From Acidobacteriota bacterium (GTDB lineage Bacteria; Acidobacteriota; UBA890; WLXD01), in contig CAXWPH010000015.1 in the NCBI GenBank assembly GCA_963666055.2, forward strand, positions 2,048,001-2,112,000: 64,000 bases of DNA. Direction: 5' to 3'. The number at the start of each line of letters is the position of its first letter. Position 1 is the first letter of the stretch. The notes beneath the pieces were generated by a model, which was not told the origin of the DNA, did no database searches, and saw only the letters and a list, made by a program, of their open reading frames with translations. Below, piece after piece: positions 29,685 to 39,227 of the stretch. Both the position numbers and the translations under genes were made by a program.

Positions 29685-29831
29685 CGGGGGCGCCGGGTTG
29701 CGCAACAGCGGCTTGGAAAGTTACCACCCCCAATATACCAACGTCGGGCGTGCGGCGGAGACGATACGTATCCGCGTCGAGCAACTTCGCCAGCACCGCA
29801 TTCGCTGGGGCGCCGACGCACCCAGGTCACT

Positions 29832-32507
29832 TCACCCTTTGGCGTCCATCCAGTTGGCCCCGACCCTGATTTCAACCAGCAGCGGTACGTCGAGCTCGAT
29901 GGCGCCCTCCATTTCCTGTTTCACTACTTCCGTTACTCGATCGACCTCCGGCTCGGGCACTTCGATCACCAGCTCGTCGTGCACCTGGATGAGCATCCCG
30001 GATCTCAGCCCTAGCTTGGCGAGGCGGGCATGCAGATTGACCATGGCCAGCTTGATCAGGTCGGCGGCGGTTCCCTGAAGCGGTGTGTTCACGGCGATGC
30101 GCTCGCCGAAAGAGCGCACCATCGGGCGGCCGCTCTGTAGCTCGGGGAGGTGGCGTACGCGTCCCAGCAAGGTGGTTACGAAACCTTCCGCTCGGGCTCG
30201 GTCGATCGTCGCTTCGAGGTAGTCGCGCACCCTCGGGTAGGCGCTCAAGTAACGCTGGATGAAGTCCTTGGCCTCCGCCAGGGAGACGTTGAACTCGCGC
30301 GCTAGGCGCTGCGGGCCCATCCCGTAGAGCACGCCGAAGTTGATTACCTTGGCCCGGTCACGTTGCTCGTAGCTAACGTCCTGAGGTTCAACATGGAAAA
30401 TCTGGGCGGCGGTGGCACGGTGGATGTCGATGCCGTCGAGGAAAGCCTGCTGCAGCGCCGGGTCGGCCGATAGATGCGCCATAATGCGCAGTTCGATCTG
30501 CGAGTAGTCGGCCGTCATCAGCAGGCACCCGTCGGCGGGAATAAAAGCGCGGCGAATCTGCCGTCCGGTCGACTTGCGGATGGGAATATTCTGCAGGTTC
30601 GGGTTGCTGCTCGACAGGCGTCCGGTCGCAGCCACCGCCTGATCGAAGGATCCGTGAACGCGGCCGGTATCGGGCAGCACGTAGCCCGGCAGTGCGTCGA
30701 CGTACGTACTCTTGAGCTTCGAGAGCTCGCGATACTCCAGAATCTGGCTGACGATCGGGTAGTCGGGGGCCAGCGCTTCGAGTATCTCGGCCTTGGTGGA
30801 GCGACTGCCCTTGGCGGTCTTGCCGCCGGCGGGCAGCCCGAGCCGGTCGAACAGTACTTCCGCGAGCTGTTTCGGCGAGTTGAGGTTGAACGGTTCTCCG
30901 GCGATTTCGTAGATCTGCGCTTGTAGGGTCTCGATCCGCTCCCCGAACTGGGAGGACATCTCCGCCAGGTACCCGGTATCGATACGTATGCCGCGCAGCT
31001 CCATCGCCGCCAGCACTTGCATCAACGGCATCTCGAGGTCGGCGAGCAGCGCGCCCAAGCCTGGTTGTGCCTCGAGCTCCGAGTCGAAAACGATTGCCAA
31101 TCGCAGGGTCAGGTCGGCGCGCTCGGCAACGTAGCGCGTCGCTTCGGCTATCGGGATGGCGTCAAATGTGGCCTTGCGGTCGGGCAGTATCTCTTTGAGC
31201 TGGGTCGTGCGGACGTGGAGCAGGTCGCTCGCCAGCGCCGACAGGCGGTGACTCTGACGTGTCGGATGTAACACGTATGACGCCAGCATGATGTCGAGCT
31301 GTGGCTGGACCCCGACTACTTCGTGGCGCGCCAGCGTGATCAGATCGCGCTTGAGATCGTAGCCAACGATGTCGACGTCACCGTCGACGAGCAATGGCGA
31401 CAACAAGCGCAGGCACTCGTCGGTGCGCATCGCGTTGGTGGCTCCGAGGCCCTGATGTGCAAGCGGGACATACACACCGCCGCCGGGCTCCCAGCTCATC
31501 CCCACACCGACGATCTGGGCGCGCATCGGTTGCCTGGCGTCCACCTGCAGCTTGATGGCCACACGTCCCGCCTCACGGATCGTGATGATGGCCTCCTCGA
31601 GTTCCGCAGAGTTAGCGACGGTGCGGTAATCGCCCTCTGCTCGCTCGGGCTCCACGACGTAGTCGTCTAGCAGCCGACGGAACTCCAGCTCCGTGAAGAT
31701 TTCTCGGCATGTGGCGACATCGGGCTGGCCAACCCCCATCGCTTCGAGCGGCAGGTCAATGGGAAGATCCGTGTGAATGGTGGCGAGCCGCTTCGACAGG
31801 TGGGCCTGCTCGGCATACTCGGCCAGGTTGCGACCGTACTTGTACTTCGCCAGGTCGCCGGCGTGGTCGACTGCGTTCTCCAGCGAGCCATATGTCTGTA
31901 GCAACTCGCGAGCGCGCTTCGGACCGATTCCCGGGACCCCCGGGATGTCGTCAACGCTGTCTCCCATCAGTCCGAGCAGATCGGTCATCAGTCGAGGAGG
32001 CACACCGTACTTGTTCTCCACGTCCTCGGGGCCGTAGAGGTAGCGCTGGTTACGCTCGGTGAGCAGCTTGACCTTGTCGCTGACCAGCTGCAGCAAGTCC
32101 TTGTCTTCGGAGACGATGACGGTGCGTATCCCGGCCTCCTCGGCGCGGGCGGCGAGCGTGCCGATCACGTCGTCGGCCTCGTAGCGCGGCAGCTCGAAGA
32201 TGGGGATGTCCATCGCTTCGACGATGCGACGTATCCAGGGGATCTGCTCCCGCAGGTCAGCGGGTGTTTCCGGCCGACTGGACTTATAGCCTGCGTACTC
32301 TTCGTGGCGCACGGTGGGTCCGGGCGGATCGAACACGACGCCGCAGTAGTCGGGCTTCTCCTCGCTGATCAGCTTTCGCAGCATGGTGACGAAGCCGAGC
32401 GTGGCGTTGGTGGGGACGCCGTGTGAATTCGTCAGCTCCGGCAACGCGTGGTAGGCGCGATGGATCTGATTGAGGGCGTCGATCAGATAGAGTTTCTTGG
32501 CAGGCAT
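29832..32507 (-). CDS. polA: DNA polymerase I
   Basis: EADDVIGTL, TGRLSSSNPNLQNIP, ADYSQIELR, KVINFGVLYG, QVHDEL; start placed at MPAKKLYLID. Confidence 0.98.
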   Translation of the reverse strand: MPAKKLYLIDALNQIHRAYHALPELTNSHGVPTNATLGFVTMLRKLISEEKPDYCGVVFDPPGPTVRHEEYAGYKSSRPETPADLREQIPWIRRIVEAMDIPIFELPRYEADDVIGTLAARAEEAGIRTVIVSEDKDLLQLVSDKVKLLTERNQRYLYGPEDVENKYGVPPRLMTDLLGLMGDSVDDIPGVPGIGPKRARELLQTYGSLENAVDHAGDLAKYKYGRNLAEYAEQAHLSKRLATIHTDLPIDLPLEAMGVGQPDVATCREIFTELEFRRLLDDYVVEPERAEGDYRTVANSAELEEAIITIREAGRVAIKLQVDARQPMRAQIVGVGMSWEPGGGVYVPLAHQGLGATNAMRTDECLRLLSPLLVDGDVDIVGYDLKRDLITLARHEVVGVQPQLDIMLASYVLHPTRQSHRLSALASDLLHVRTTQLKEILPDRKATFDAIPIAEATRYVAERADLTLRLAIVFDSELEAQPGLGALLADLEMPLMQVLAAMELRGIRIDTGYLAEMSSQFGERIETLQAQIYEIAGEPFNLNSPKQLAEVLFDRLGLPAGGKTAKGSRSTKAEILEALAPDYPIVSQILEYRELSKLKSTYVDALPGYVLPDTGRVHGSFDQAVAATGRLSSSNPNLQNIPIRKSTGRQIRRAFIPADGCLLMTADYSQIELRIMAHLSADPALQQAFLDGIDIHRATAAQIFHVEPQDVSYEQRDRAKVINFGVLYGMGPQRLAREFNVSLAEAKDFIQRYLSAYPRVRDYLEATIDRARAEGFVTTLLGRVRHLPELQSGRPMVRSFGERIAVNTPLQGTAADLIKLAMVNLHARLAKLGLRSGMLIQVHDELVIEVPEPEVDRVTEVVKQEMEGAIELDVPLLVEIRVGANWMDAKG

Positions 32508-32742
32508 GCGCAGCGTACGGTGCGGGGTTGAGGGTGAGCGGATGCTACTGCGGGATGCGCAGAGGCGCCAACGAAGAGGTCGCGTGCCTGCCACACCTCC
32601 ACCGCGCCCTGCTAGACTAGAGGGGTGCGGAGGTGGCGATCCCGGCCATCCTACGAGTGCATCACAAAGGCGGATCGCGCTCAGTTGACCCTGTTCGAGG
32701 GACGATGATAGATTTCGCACGTTCTACCCCTGCGTAAACAAG

Positions 32743-34482
32743 ATGCGAAGGTGCATATTGGCTCGGACACGTCCCCAACCGGTCCGGGGGATCGCATTGA
32801 CGCTGGCCGTCCTACTGACGGCGGGTATTTCTGCGAACGTCACGGCGCAAACTCTGGTCGCGTCGACGACTCAGAACCTCGTCGGCGTCGTGCAGGATTC
32901 CCGCGGCCTGCCGCTGCTGGGGGCGTTCGTGGCGGTGATCGCACTGGGCGACGACCAGCCGGCCGCGATTGTCGTAACCGACACCAGCGGTGCGTTCGAG
33001 GTCAAGAACCTACCGTCCGGCATCTACTCGCTCCTGGTAGGAAGTCTGGGATTCGCCGGCACGATGCTGCAAGGCATCAACGTACCGGGCAGCGCCCCGC
33101 TGACCCTGCAACTCGAGGCTGATCCCTCACGTAGCCTTTCCGCTTTCAGCGCGCCGCTGGATATGAGCTGGGCGCTGCGCTCGAAGAAGCGCGATGTGCT
33201 CCGCCAGACCAATGGCACGATCGTTGTTGACAACGGCACCGACGCCGTGAGGCTGGCTCCTGCCATGTCCGTGACCGACAGGGTGGTGCGAGGTGCCGAC
33301 GCCGTGACCGGCGAGCTGCGTCTTTGGAGCGTCACGAGCACGAGCAGCACGGAGACGGTTGGCGTCACGTCGCTATCGCTCGGCAGTCCGGAAAGCTGGA
33401 GCCTTCGGGCACACGTGGGGGGCTCGGGTGCCCTATGGGCGGCAAGCGACTTCAGGCGCGACGTCGGTGGCGGCCATGAGCTTCAGGTCGGGTTTGGCTA
33501 CGTTGGTGGAACATTCGATCTGCTTGGTCCCACCCATGGTGAGCTTGCTCCGGCCGACGCCTGGATCGGTCGCCTCGACCTGCGTGACACCTGGCGTATC
33601 TCGCGTCCGTTGAGCCTCTCTGTGGGCGTGCGGTATGAGCATCAGAGTTATTTCACTACCTCTGCTCTGGTATCGCCAACCGTCGAGGTGACGTACCAGC
33701 CCAGCGAGACAACGCGCATATCCACCGGAGCGACTCACAGCTCGACGGGCTTCGGCTTGGCCGACGACGAGGGGTTCGACGTGCTGACGCTGCTCCGTCA
33801 ATCGGAGCTTCGCATCGGCAACACCAGCCGCGTCCAACCGGAGCGCGCACGCCGCTACCACCTTGGGGTGGAGCAGCGTATCGGCCCGGCGGCGGTCAGC
33901 GCACGCGCCTACTTCGATGACGTGACCGATGAGCTACTTGGCGTGTTCGTTTCGGGGCCGGACGGGGTAAGTAACTACCTGCTCTTCAACATCGGCGATT
34001 CTACTGCCAGCGGGTTCGAGCTTGCTGTGGCCGGAGAGCTGCTCGATACGCTCGTCGGCAGCGTCTCGGGCCAGGTCAGCTATGCGCTGCATAGTCGCGA
34101 CAAGGCGTACGCGCTTGCGACTCCGGGCCAGTTGGTAGATCGCCTGGAAGAGATCGACAGCAACACGATTCAGCAGACGCATGAGGTGCAGGCTTCTGTA
34201 GCCGCCGAGATCGCGCCGTCGCGGACGTACCTCCAGGCAAGCTACAACTGGCGATCAGGCATGCCGGTCGTTCAGGAGGGCGAGGTGCGGTACGATTACG
34301 GGCGCCTGGATCTGCGCTTGCGGCAACCGTTGCCATTCCATTCCGGGCGCGCCCAATGGTCGGCGATGGTGCAGGTTCGCAATCTGCTCGGGCCCGCCTA
34401 CGATCGTCTCTACAATGTGTCGTTAGCTGAGCTCGTCGGACTCACCCGCGGTATTGCCGGCGGATTGGCGGTTCGTTTTTGA
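32743..34482 (+). CDS. Outer membrane beta-barrel (TonB-receptor-like) with N-terminal carboxypeptidase-regulatory-like domain
   Basis: GVVQDSRGLPLLGA...TDTSGAF...LPSGIYSL; VQPERAR, VRNLL; C-terminal Phe. Confidence 0.75.
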   Translation: MRRCILARTRPQPVRGIALTLAVLLTAGISANVTAQTLVASTTQNLVGVVQDSRGLPLLGAFVAVIALGDDQPAAIVVTDTSGAFEVKNLPSGIYSLLVGSLGFAGTMLQGINVPGSAPLTLQLEADPSRSLSAFSAPLDMSWALRSKKRDVLRQTNGTIVVDNGTDAVRLAPAMSVTDRVVRGADAVTGELRLWSVTSTSSTETVGVTSLSLGSPESWSLRAHVGGSGALWAASDFRRDVGGGHELQVGFGYVGGTFDLLGPTHGELAPADAWIGRLDLRDTWRISRPLSLSVGVRYEHQSYFTTSALVSPTVEVTYQPSETTRISTGATHSSTGFGLADDEGFDVLTLLRQSELRIGNTSRVQPERARRYHLGVEQRIGPAAVSARAYFDDVTDELLGVFVSGPDGVSNYLLFNIGDSTASGFELAVAGELLDTLVGSVSGQVSYALHSRDKAYALATPGQLVDRLEEIDSNTIQQTHEVQASVAAEIAPSRTYLQASYNWRSGMPVVQEGEVRYDYGRLDLRLRQPLPFHSGRAQWSAMVQVRNLLGPAYDRLYNVSLAELVGLTRGIAGGLAVRF

Positions 34483-34565
34483 GCAAGTAGCACCGGCGGC
34501 TCGTTCCCCTGGGGCGGTTGGAGAGCGCGACGCTGGATGGATTCAGATAATCGAGTTCGAAGTGT

Positions 34566-34592
34566 GGCGAGGGAGGCAACCCCTCGCCTTTT
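34566..34592 (+). terminator. Rho-independent terminator
   Basis: GGCGAGGG-N7-CCCTCGCC followed by TTTT. Confidence 0.75.
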
Positions 34593-34661
34593 CTGTCGTT
34601 GTGGGTCAACGGGCCGCGCCCATTTTTTTGAATGTCAGGACCAATAAATTGGATCATAAAT

Positions 34662-34676
34662 TGACGTGAATTGTCA
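34662..34676. promoter_or_regulatory. Inverted repeat TGAC-N7-GTCA in an AT-rich patch; candidate enhancer (UAS)
   Basis: Read directly; about 65-75 bp upstream of the sigma54 -24 element. Confidence 0.4.
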
Positions 34677-34738
34677 CTCCGGCCGCTCAGGGCCCCGCAT
34701 GACAGGACTCCTGGGGTCGCGGCGTTCACCTGCCCGGC

Positions 34739-34753
34739 TGGTATGCCTCTTGC
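34739..34753 (+). promoter_or_regulatory. Sigma54 (-24/-12) promoter TGGTAT-N5-TTGC
   Basis: Matches TGGYAY-N5-TTGC with exact GG-N10-GC spacing, upstream of the kinase/NtrC operon. Confidence 0.7.
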
Positions 34754-34829
34754 GTAGACTCGTAGTTAGCTTCGAAGCCAGTCTTGAACCTGAGCCGCTC
34801 TACCCGTTTGCCCGGGCTGAACAACCACA

Positions 34830-37688
34830 ATGACCAATCAACGCCAACGCATCGACGCTCTCCAGATCGTCGGGCTCATTGCCCTTGCCGGCGTGCTGGT
34901 CTTCCTCGGGGCGATTTCGTTCACCAACCAGCTGAGCTGGCGCGAGCCTACCGACGGCGTGCGATGGGAGCTGCGCGACGACCAGGTAACGGCCGCCGAG
35001 GTCGAGGTGGCTGGAGCTGGCGCCGACCCGGGACTACACGCCGGCGACAGGCTGATAAGCATCGATGGCCAGCCACCAATCGACCCGCTGGTGGTTGAGA
35101 TCATGCTTTTCAGTCGCGATGTGGGCGAGCGCGTCGAGTACATGGTGCAACGGGCCGGCGACGATATTCTCGTTCCGCTGATCATCGGCGGTCGACGGGT
35201 GGAGACGGGCTACTATTACTATCTGGCGTTCGTCGGGCTGGCGTTCCTGCTGGTCGGAATCTTCGCGTTGCTGCGCGGCTCCGATTCGTCGAGCCGTCGG
35301 TTCTTTGTGCTCGCGCTTGCGTTCTATGTGCTCTTCACGCTGTCGGCTACGACGCGCGACGCTGACCCGTGGAACAACGTCATCTCGTGGCTCGATCAGA
35401 TTGCCAGGGCCGTTGTCCCAGGCCTGTTCGTCTATTTTGCGCTGACGTTCCCGCGGCCCAAGCGGGAGTTCGAGGCGGTGCGGTCGCCGCTGACCCTGGC
35501 GATCTTCGCACCTGGTGCTCTCTTGTTCGCGATTAACCTGCTGTCGCGGTTCGCCAGTCGCTGGATGGGGTTGTCTGCCGTCGGCGCCGATCGGCTGTTT
35601 CAGATCGGAGCACGCGGCGAACTCTTGTATTTTGCGCTGGCGATCGTACTCGGGGTGGCGACGTTCGCGCACACGTTGCGAACTTCCACCAGTCCGGTCG
35701 AGCGCATGCGGCTCAAGTGGCTCGTCGGAGGCCTAGCGATCGGCTTCCTGCCGTTTCTGGTGATCTACCTGCCGATGGAGATGCTCGGGCTCGAGTACGT
35801 GCCGCTGACCAACCTGTTGATGATCCCGCTGATGCTGGTACCGCTATCCTTTGCCTACGCGGCGGTTGGCTTCCGGCTCTGGGACGTCGAGGTCATCCTC
35901 AAGCAGAGCATTATCTACGCAGTGGCGATCCTGGTCGTGCTCGGTGCGTATTTCGTCTCGCAGTGGTCGCTGGCGCTTCTGCTCGGCCCCGAAGACCAGC
36001 TCGTGCAGACGACGTCGCTCCTGGCCACGTTGCTGGTGGCGATCGGTTTTGCACCGCTGCGGGAAAAGCTCGGCGATCTGGCCGATCGTCTCTACTATCG
36101 AGACAGCTACAGGGCTCGCCGTACGCTCATGGACTTCGGGCGCGAGCTTAACAGCGAAACCGACCTTTCCCGCGTCGTCGACCTGCTCGCCCAACGGGTT
36201 CGCGAAACCCTGCACGTGGGCCGCGTTGCCGTGTTGCTGCGAGCGCAGGAGCGCGACCCGCTACGCGTCGTTCCACCCAACGGCTCGCTGACGGAGGGAC
36301 GACAACTGTCGTCGACGTTCTCCCAGTTCGTCGCAGGCGTGCTCACCAGGCGCGAATTTCTCTACGTCGATGACCTGGAAAGCCTGCTCGACACAAACCC
36401 AGACGATCGCGAGATCCTCGAGGCCGAGGACCTATCGTACTTTCTGCCGCTGGACGTCAAGGGCGACATCATCGGCGTGCTCGCACTGGGCAGAAAGCTC
36501 TCCGGCGACTATCTGTCGACGGAAGATCTCAAGGTACTGCAGCCGCTGGCGGCGCACCTGGCGCTGGCGATCGACAACGCCCTGCTGTACCGCGAGGTGC
36601 AGCGTCGCGCCGGCGAGCTCGAGCGCCTGAAGGAATACAGCGAGAACGTAGTCGAGAGCATCAAAGCCGGCGTCATGGTGCTGGACGAGAATGGCCGCGT
36701 GCAGTCGTGGAACCGCTCGCTGGCGCGCTTGCACGGCATCGAGCCCGAGCAAGCTATGGGGCTGGCGCTTGAAGACCTGTTTCCCGCCAGCTTCAACCGG
36801 GTGCTCTCCGATGCGCGTGCCAAGCTGCACCGTGGCCTCGAGCCGGTGACGTCCGCCTATCGCATTCCGCTCCGCACGCGCGCCGGAAAGGACCGTGTCG
36901 TGACGTTTTCGATGGCGCCGCTGGTCGGTGAGCAGGGCGGCGAGGGCACGGTGATCATCGTCGACGACGTCACCGAGCGGGCCGAGCTCGAATCACAGCT
37001 GCAGCAGGCCGAGAAGCTCACATCGGTCGGGCTCCTCGCCGCCGGGGTGGCCCACGAGGTGAATACACCGCTGACTGGTATCTCAAGCTACGCACAGATG
37101 CTACAGCGCAAGCTTCCGAAGGCCGACCCGCACCGCGCTATCCTCGAGAAGATCGAGAAGCAATCGTTCCGCGCCTCGCAGATCGTCAACAACTTGCTGA
37201 ATTTCTCGCGCCAGCAGACGGGCGAATTGAGAGACGTCCATCTCAACGATGTAGTGCACGACACGCTGGTGCTGGCGGAGATCCAGCTCAACAAGCGCAA
37301 CATCAAGATCACCACCAAGCTCGCCGATGACGTGGCGCCGGTGACTGGTGATCCGATCAAGCTGCAGCAGGTGCTCATGAACCTACTGCTCAACGCTCGC
37401 GACGCGATGCCTACCGGCGGCGAGTTATGCATCGAGACGACGCAAAGCAACGGCGACTCGACGCTACAGGTCAGCGATACCGGGATGGGCATCAAGGAAA
37501 CCGACCTCGACAAAGTCTACGACCCATTCTTCACTACCAAGGGCATTGGCAAAGGTACCGGCCTCGGGCTGTCGGTGAGCTATGGGATCATTCAGGAGCA
37601 CCGCGGCACGATCGCCGTGGAGAGCGATCCGGATACGGGCACGACGTTCCGCATCACCCTGCCTTCGACGAGCGCCGACGGCCACTAG
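34830..37688 (+). CDS. Multi-TM sensor histidine kinase (PDZ, TM bundle, GAF, PAS, HisKA, HATPase)
   Basis: GLHAGDRLISIDG (PDZ), ALAIDNALLY, AAGVAHEVNTPL, PFFTTK, GTGLGL. Confidence 0.93.
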   Translation: MTNQRQRIDALQIVGLIALAGVLVFLGAISFTNQLSWREPTDGVRWELRDDQVTAAEVEVAGAGADPGLHAGDRLISIDGQPPIDPLVVEIMLFSRDVGERVEYMVQRAGDDILVPLIIGGRRVETGYYYYLAFVGLAFLLVGIFALLRGSDSSSRRFFVLALAFYVLFTLSATTRDADPWNNVISWLDQIARAVVPGLFVYFALTFPRPKREFEAVRSPLTLAIFAPGALLFAINLLSRFASRWMGLSAVGADRLFQIGARGELLYFALAIVLGVATFAHTLRTSTSPVERMRLKWLVGGLAIGFLPFLVIYLPMEMLGLEYVPLTNLLMIPLMLVPLSFAYAAVGFRLWDVEVILKQSIIYAVAILVVLGAYFVSQWSLALLLGPEDQLVQTTSLLATLLVAIGFAPLREKLGDLADRLYYRDSYRARRTLMDFGRELNSETDLSRVVDLLAQRVRETLHVGRVAVLLRAQERDPLRVVPPNGSLTEGRQLSSTFSQFVAGVLTRREFLYVDDLESLLDTNPDDREILEAEDLSYFLPLDVKGDIIGVLALGRKLSGDYLSTEDLKVLQPLAAHLALAIDNALLYREVQRRAGELERLKEYSENVVESIKAGVMVLDENGRVQSWNRSLARLHGIEPEQAMGLALEDLFPASFNRVLSDARAKLHRGLEPVTSAYRIPLRTRAGKDRVVTFSMAPLVGEQGGEGTVIIVDDVTERAELESQLQQAEKLTSVGLLAAGVAHEVNTPLTGISSYAQMLQRKLPKADPHRAILEKIEKQSFRASQIVNNLLNFSRQQTGELRDVHLNDVVHDTLVLAEIQLNKRNIKITTKLADDVAPVTGDPIKLQQVLMNLLLNARDAMPTGGELCIETTQSNGDSTLQVSDTGMGIKETDLDKVYDPFFTTKGIGKGTGLGLSVSYGIIQEHRGTIAVESDPDTGTTFRITLPSTSADGH

Positions 37689-37712
37689 CCCCCTCCCCCT
37701 CCCCCTCCCCCC
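37689..37712 (-). repeat. C5-T-C5-T-C5-T-C6 tract (G-quadruplex motif on the minus strand)
   Basis: Four G-runs with single-nucleotide loops, immediately after the kinase stop. Confidence 0.7.
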
Positions 37713-37721
37713 GCGAGTCGG

Positions 37722-39149
37722 TTGGCTCAACCGGCCGCGCAGGTAGAGCCTTTGTCGAAAGAGCAGACCATCCTGGTGGTCGACGACGAGCCGATCATGC
37801 AGGAGATCCTCTCGGAGTTCCTTACCGAAGAGGGCTACGCGGTCGATGTCGCCCGGTCCGGAGAGGAAGGCATCGAGCTGGTAAAGGGCCGACCCTACGA
37901 CTGTGCCGTCGTCGACCTCATGATGCCGGGCATCGACGGCATCCAGACCACACAGGCGTTCAAGGAAATCGATCCGACTCTCCCGGTGATCATGATCACC
38001 GCCTACGCTTCCGTGGAATCAGCGGTCGAGGCGATGAAGCGCGGTGCCCACGAGTACATCACCAAGCCGTTCAAGAACGACGAGGTGTTGCTCGTGGTGC
38101 AAAGCGCCATCAAGCATCGTGAGCTCGAGCTCGAGGTGCAGAGCCTTCGTCGTGCTCTGCGCGAGAAATACCGCTTCGAGAACATCATCGGCAAGAACCG
38201 CAAGATGCAGGAGGTTTACGCGCTCATCGCACAGGCGGCGCCGTCGAAATCGACCATCCTCATCAACGGCGACAGCGGTACGGGTAAGGAGCTAGTTGCC
38301 AAAGCCATCCACGCCAACAGCAACCGGGCGGACAGGGCGTTCGTCACCGTCAACTCGGGAGCGATGCCCAGCGAGCTGCTGGAGAGCAACCTCTTCGGCC
38401 ACGAGAAGGGCGCGTTCACCGGTGCGGTAGCCAGCAAGAAGGGTCTGTTCGAGGTCGCTGACGGCGGCACGCTGTTCTTCGACGAGATCGGCAACATCGC
38501 TCCCGAGGTACAAGCGAAGCTCTTGCGCGTGGTGCAAGAAAGGGAGTTCATGCGCGTCGGCGGCTTGGACAACATCAAGACCGACGTTCGCATCATTTGT
38601 GCCACCAACGTCAACCTGCGAAACAAGGTGGCGCTGGGTGAGTTCCGAGAGGATCTCTACTATCGACTCAACGTCATCTCGCTCAAGATCCCGCCGCTAC
38701 GCGAACGCGCCGATGACATTCCGTTGTTGACGCAGTATTTTCTCGACAAATACTCGCAGGAAAACGGTCGCAGCGGCATGCGCGTCGACGACGAGGCCGT
38801 TGAGGTGCTGCGGTCGTTCGATTGGCCCGGCAACGTGCGCGAGCTGGAGAACGCCATCGAGCGCGCCGTGGTGCTGGCGCCGCCGGACGGGGTAATTCGC
38901 GCCGAGCTGGTGCGCGAGTATATCGACCCGCCATCCTTGGACGCTGCTGCGTTGCCCAACCCCCCGCTCGGCGCCGCGCCGCTCAAGAAGATGGTGAGCG
39001 AGTTCCAGAAGCGGCTGATCTTGCGCGCCCTCGAGCAAACCGAATGGGTGCAGAAGGACGCTGCGGCGTTGCTCGATGTAAAGCCGACCACATTGAACGA
39101 GATGATCAAGCGTTACGGGATCCGCGAGGTCGTGAAGGAGCGCGGCTAG
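37722..39149 (+). CDS. Sigma54-dependent response regulator (NtrC/AtoC family); start may be TTG 37752
   Basis: Receiver VVDDE/DLMMP, GDSGTGKEL, GAFTGA, FFDEIG, WPGNVREL, C-terminal HTH. Confidence 0.95.
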   Translation: MAQPAAQVEPLSKEQTILVVDDEPIMQEILSEFLTEEGYAVDVARSGEEGIELVKGRPYDCAVVDLMMPGIDGIQTTQAFKEIDPTLPVIMITAYASVESAVEAMKRGAHEYITKPFKNDEVLLVVQSAIKHRELELEVQSLRRALREKYRFENIIGKNRKMQEVYALIAQAAPSKSTILINGDSGTGKELVAKAIHANSNRADRAFVTVNSGAMPSELLESNLFGHEKGAFTGAVASKKGLFEVADGGTLFFDEIGNIAPEVQAKLLRVVQEREFMRVGGLDNIKTDVRIICATNVNLRNKVALGEFREDLYYRLNVISLKIPPLRERADDIPLLTQYFLDKYSQENGRSGMRVDDEAVEVLRSFDWPGNVRELENAIERAVVLAPPDGVIRAELVREYIDPPSLDAAALPNPPLGAAPLKKMVSEFQKRLILRALEQTEWVQKDAAALLDVKPTTLNEMIKRYGIREVVKERG

Positions 39150-39227
39150 CGCCGTGGTCCCGGTCCCGATATCTGCCGTCGTTAGAATTTGCGGCCCTGG
39201 CGGGGCGACACCCGGAGACAGAACCCG

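Noticed and set aside
34483-34565. Possible ncRNA (SRP/6S/riboswitch) before the terminator
   Set aside because: No diagnostic motifs recognised; treated as 3' UTR
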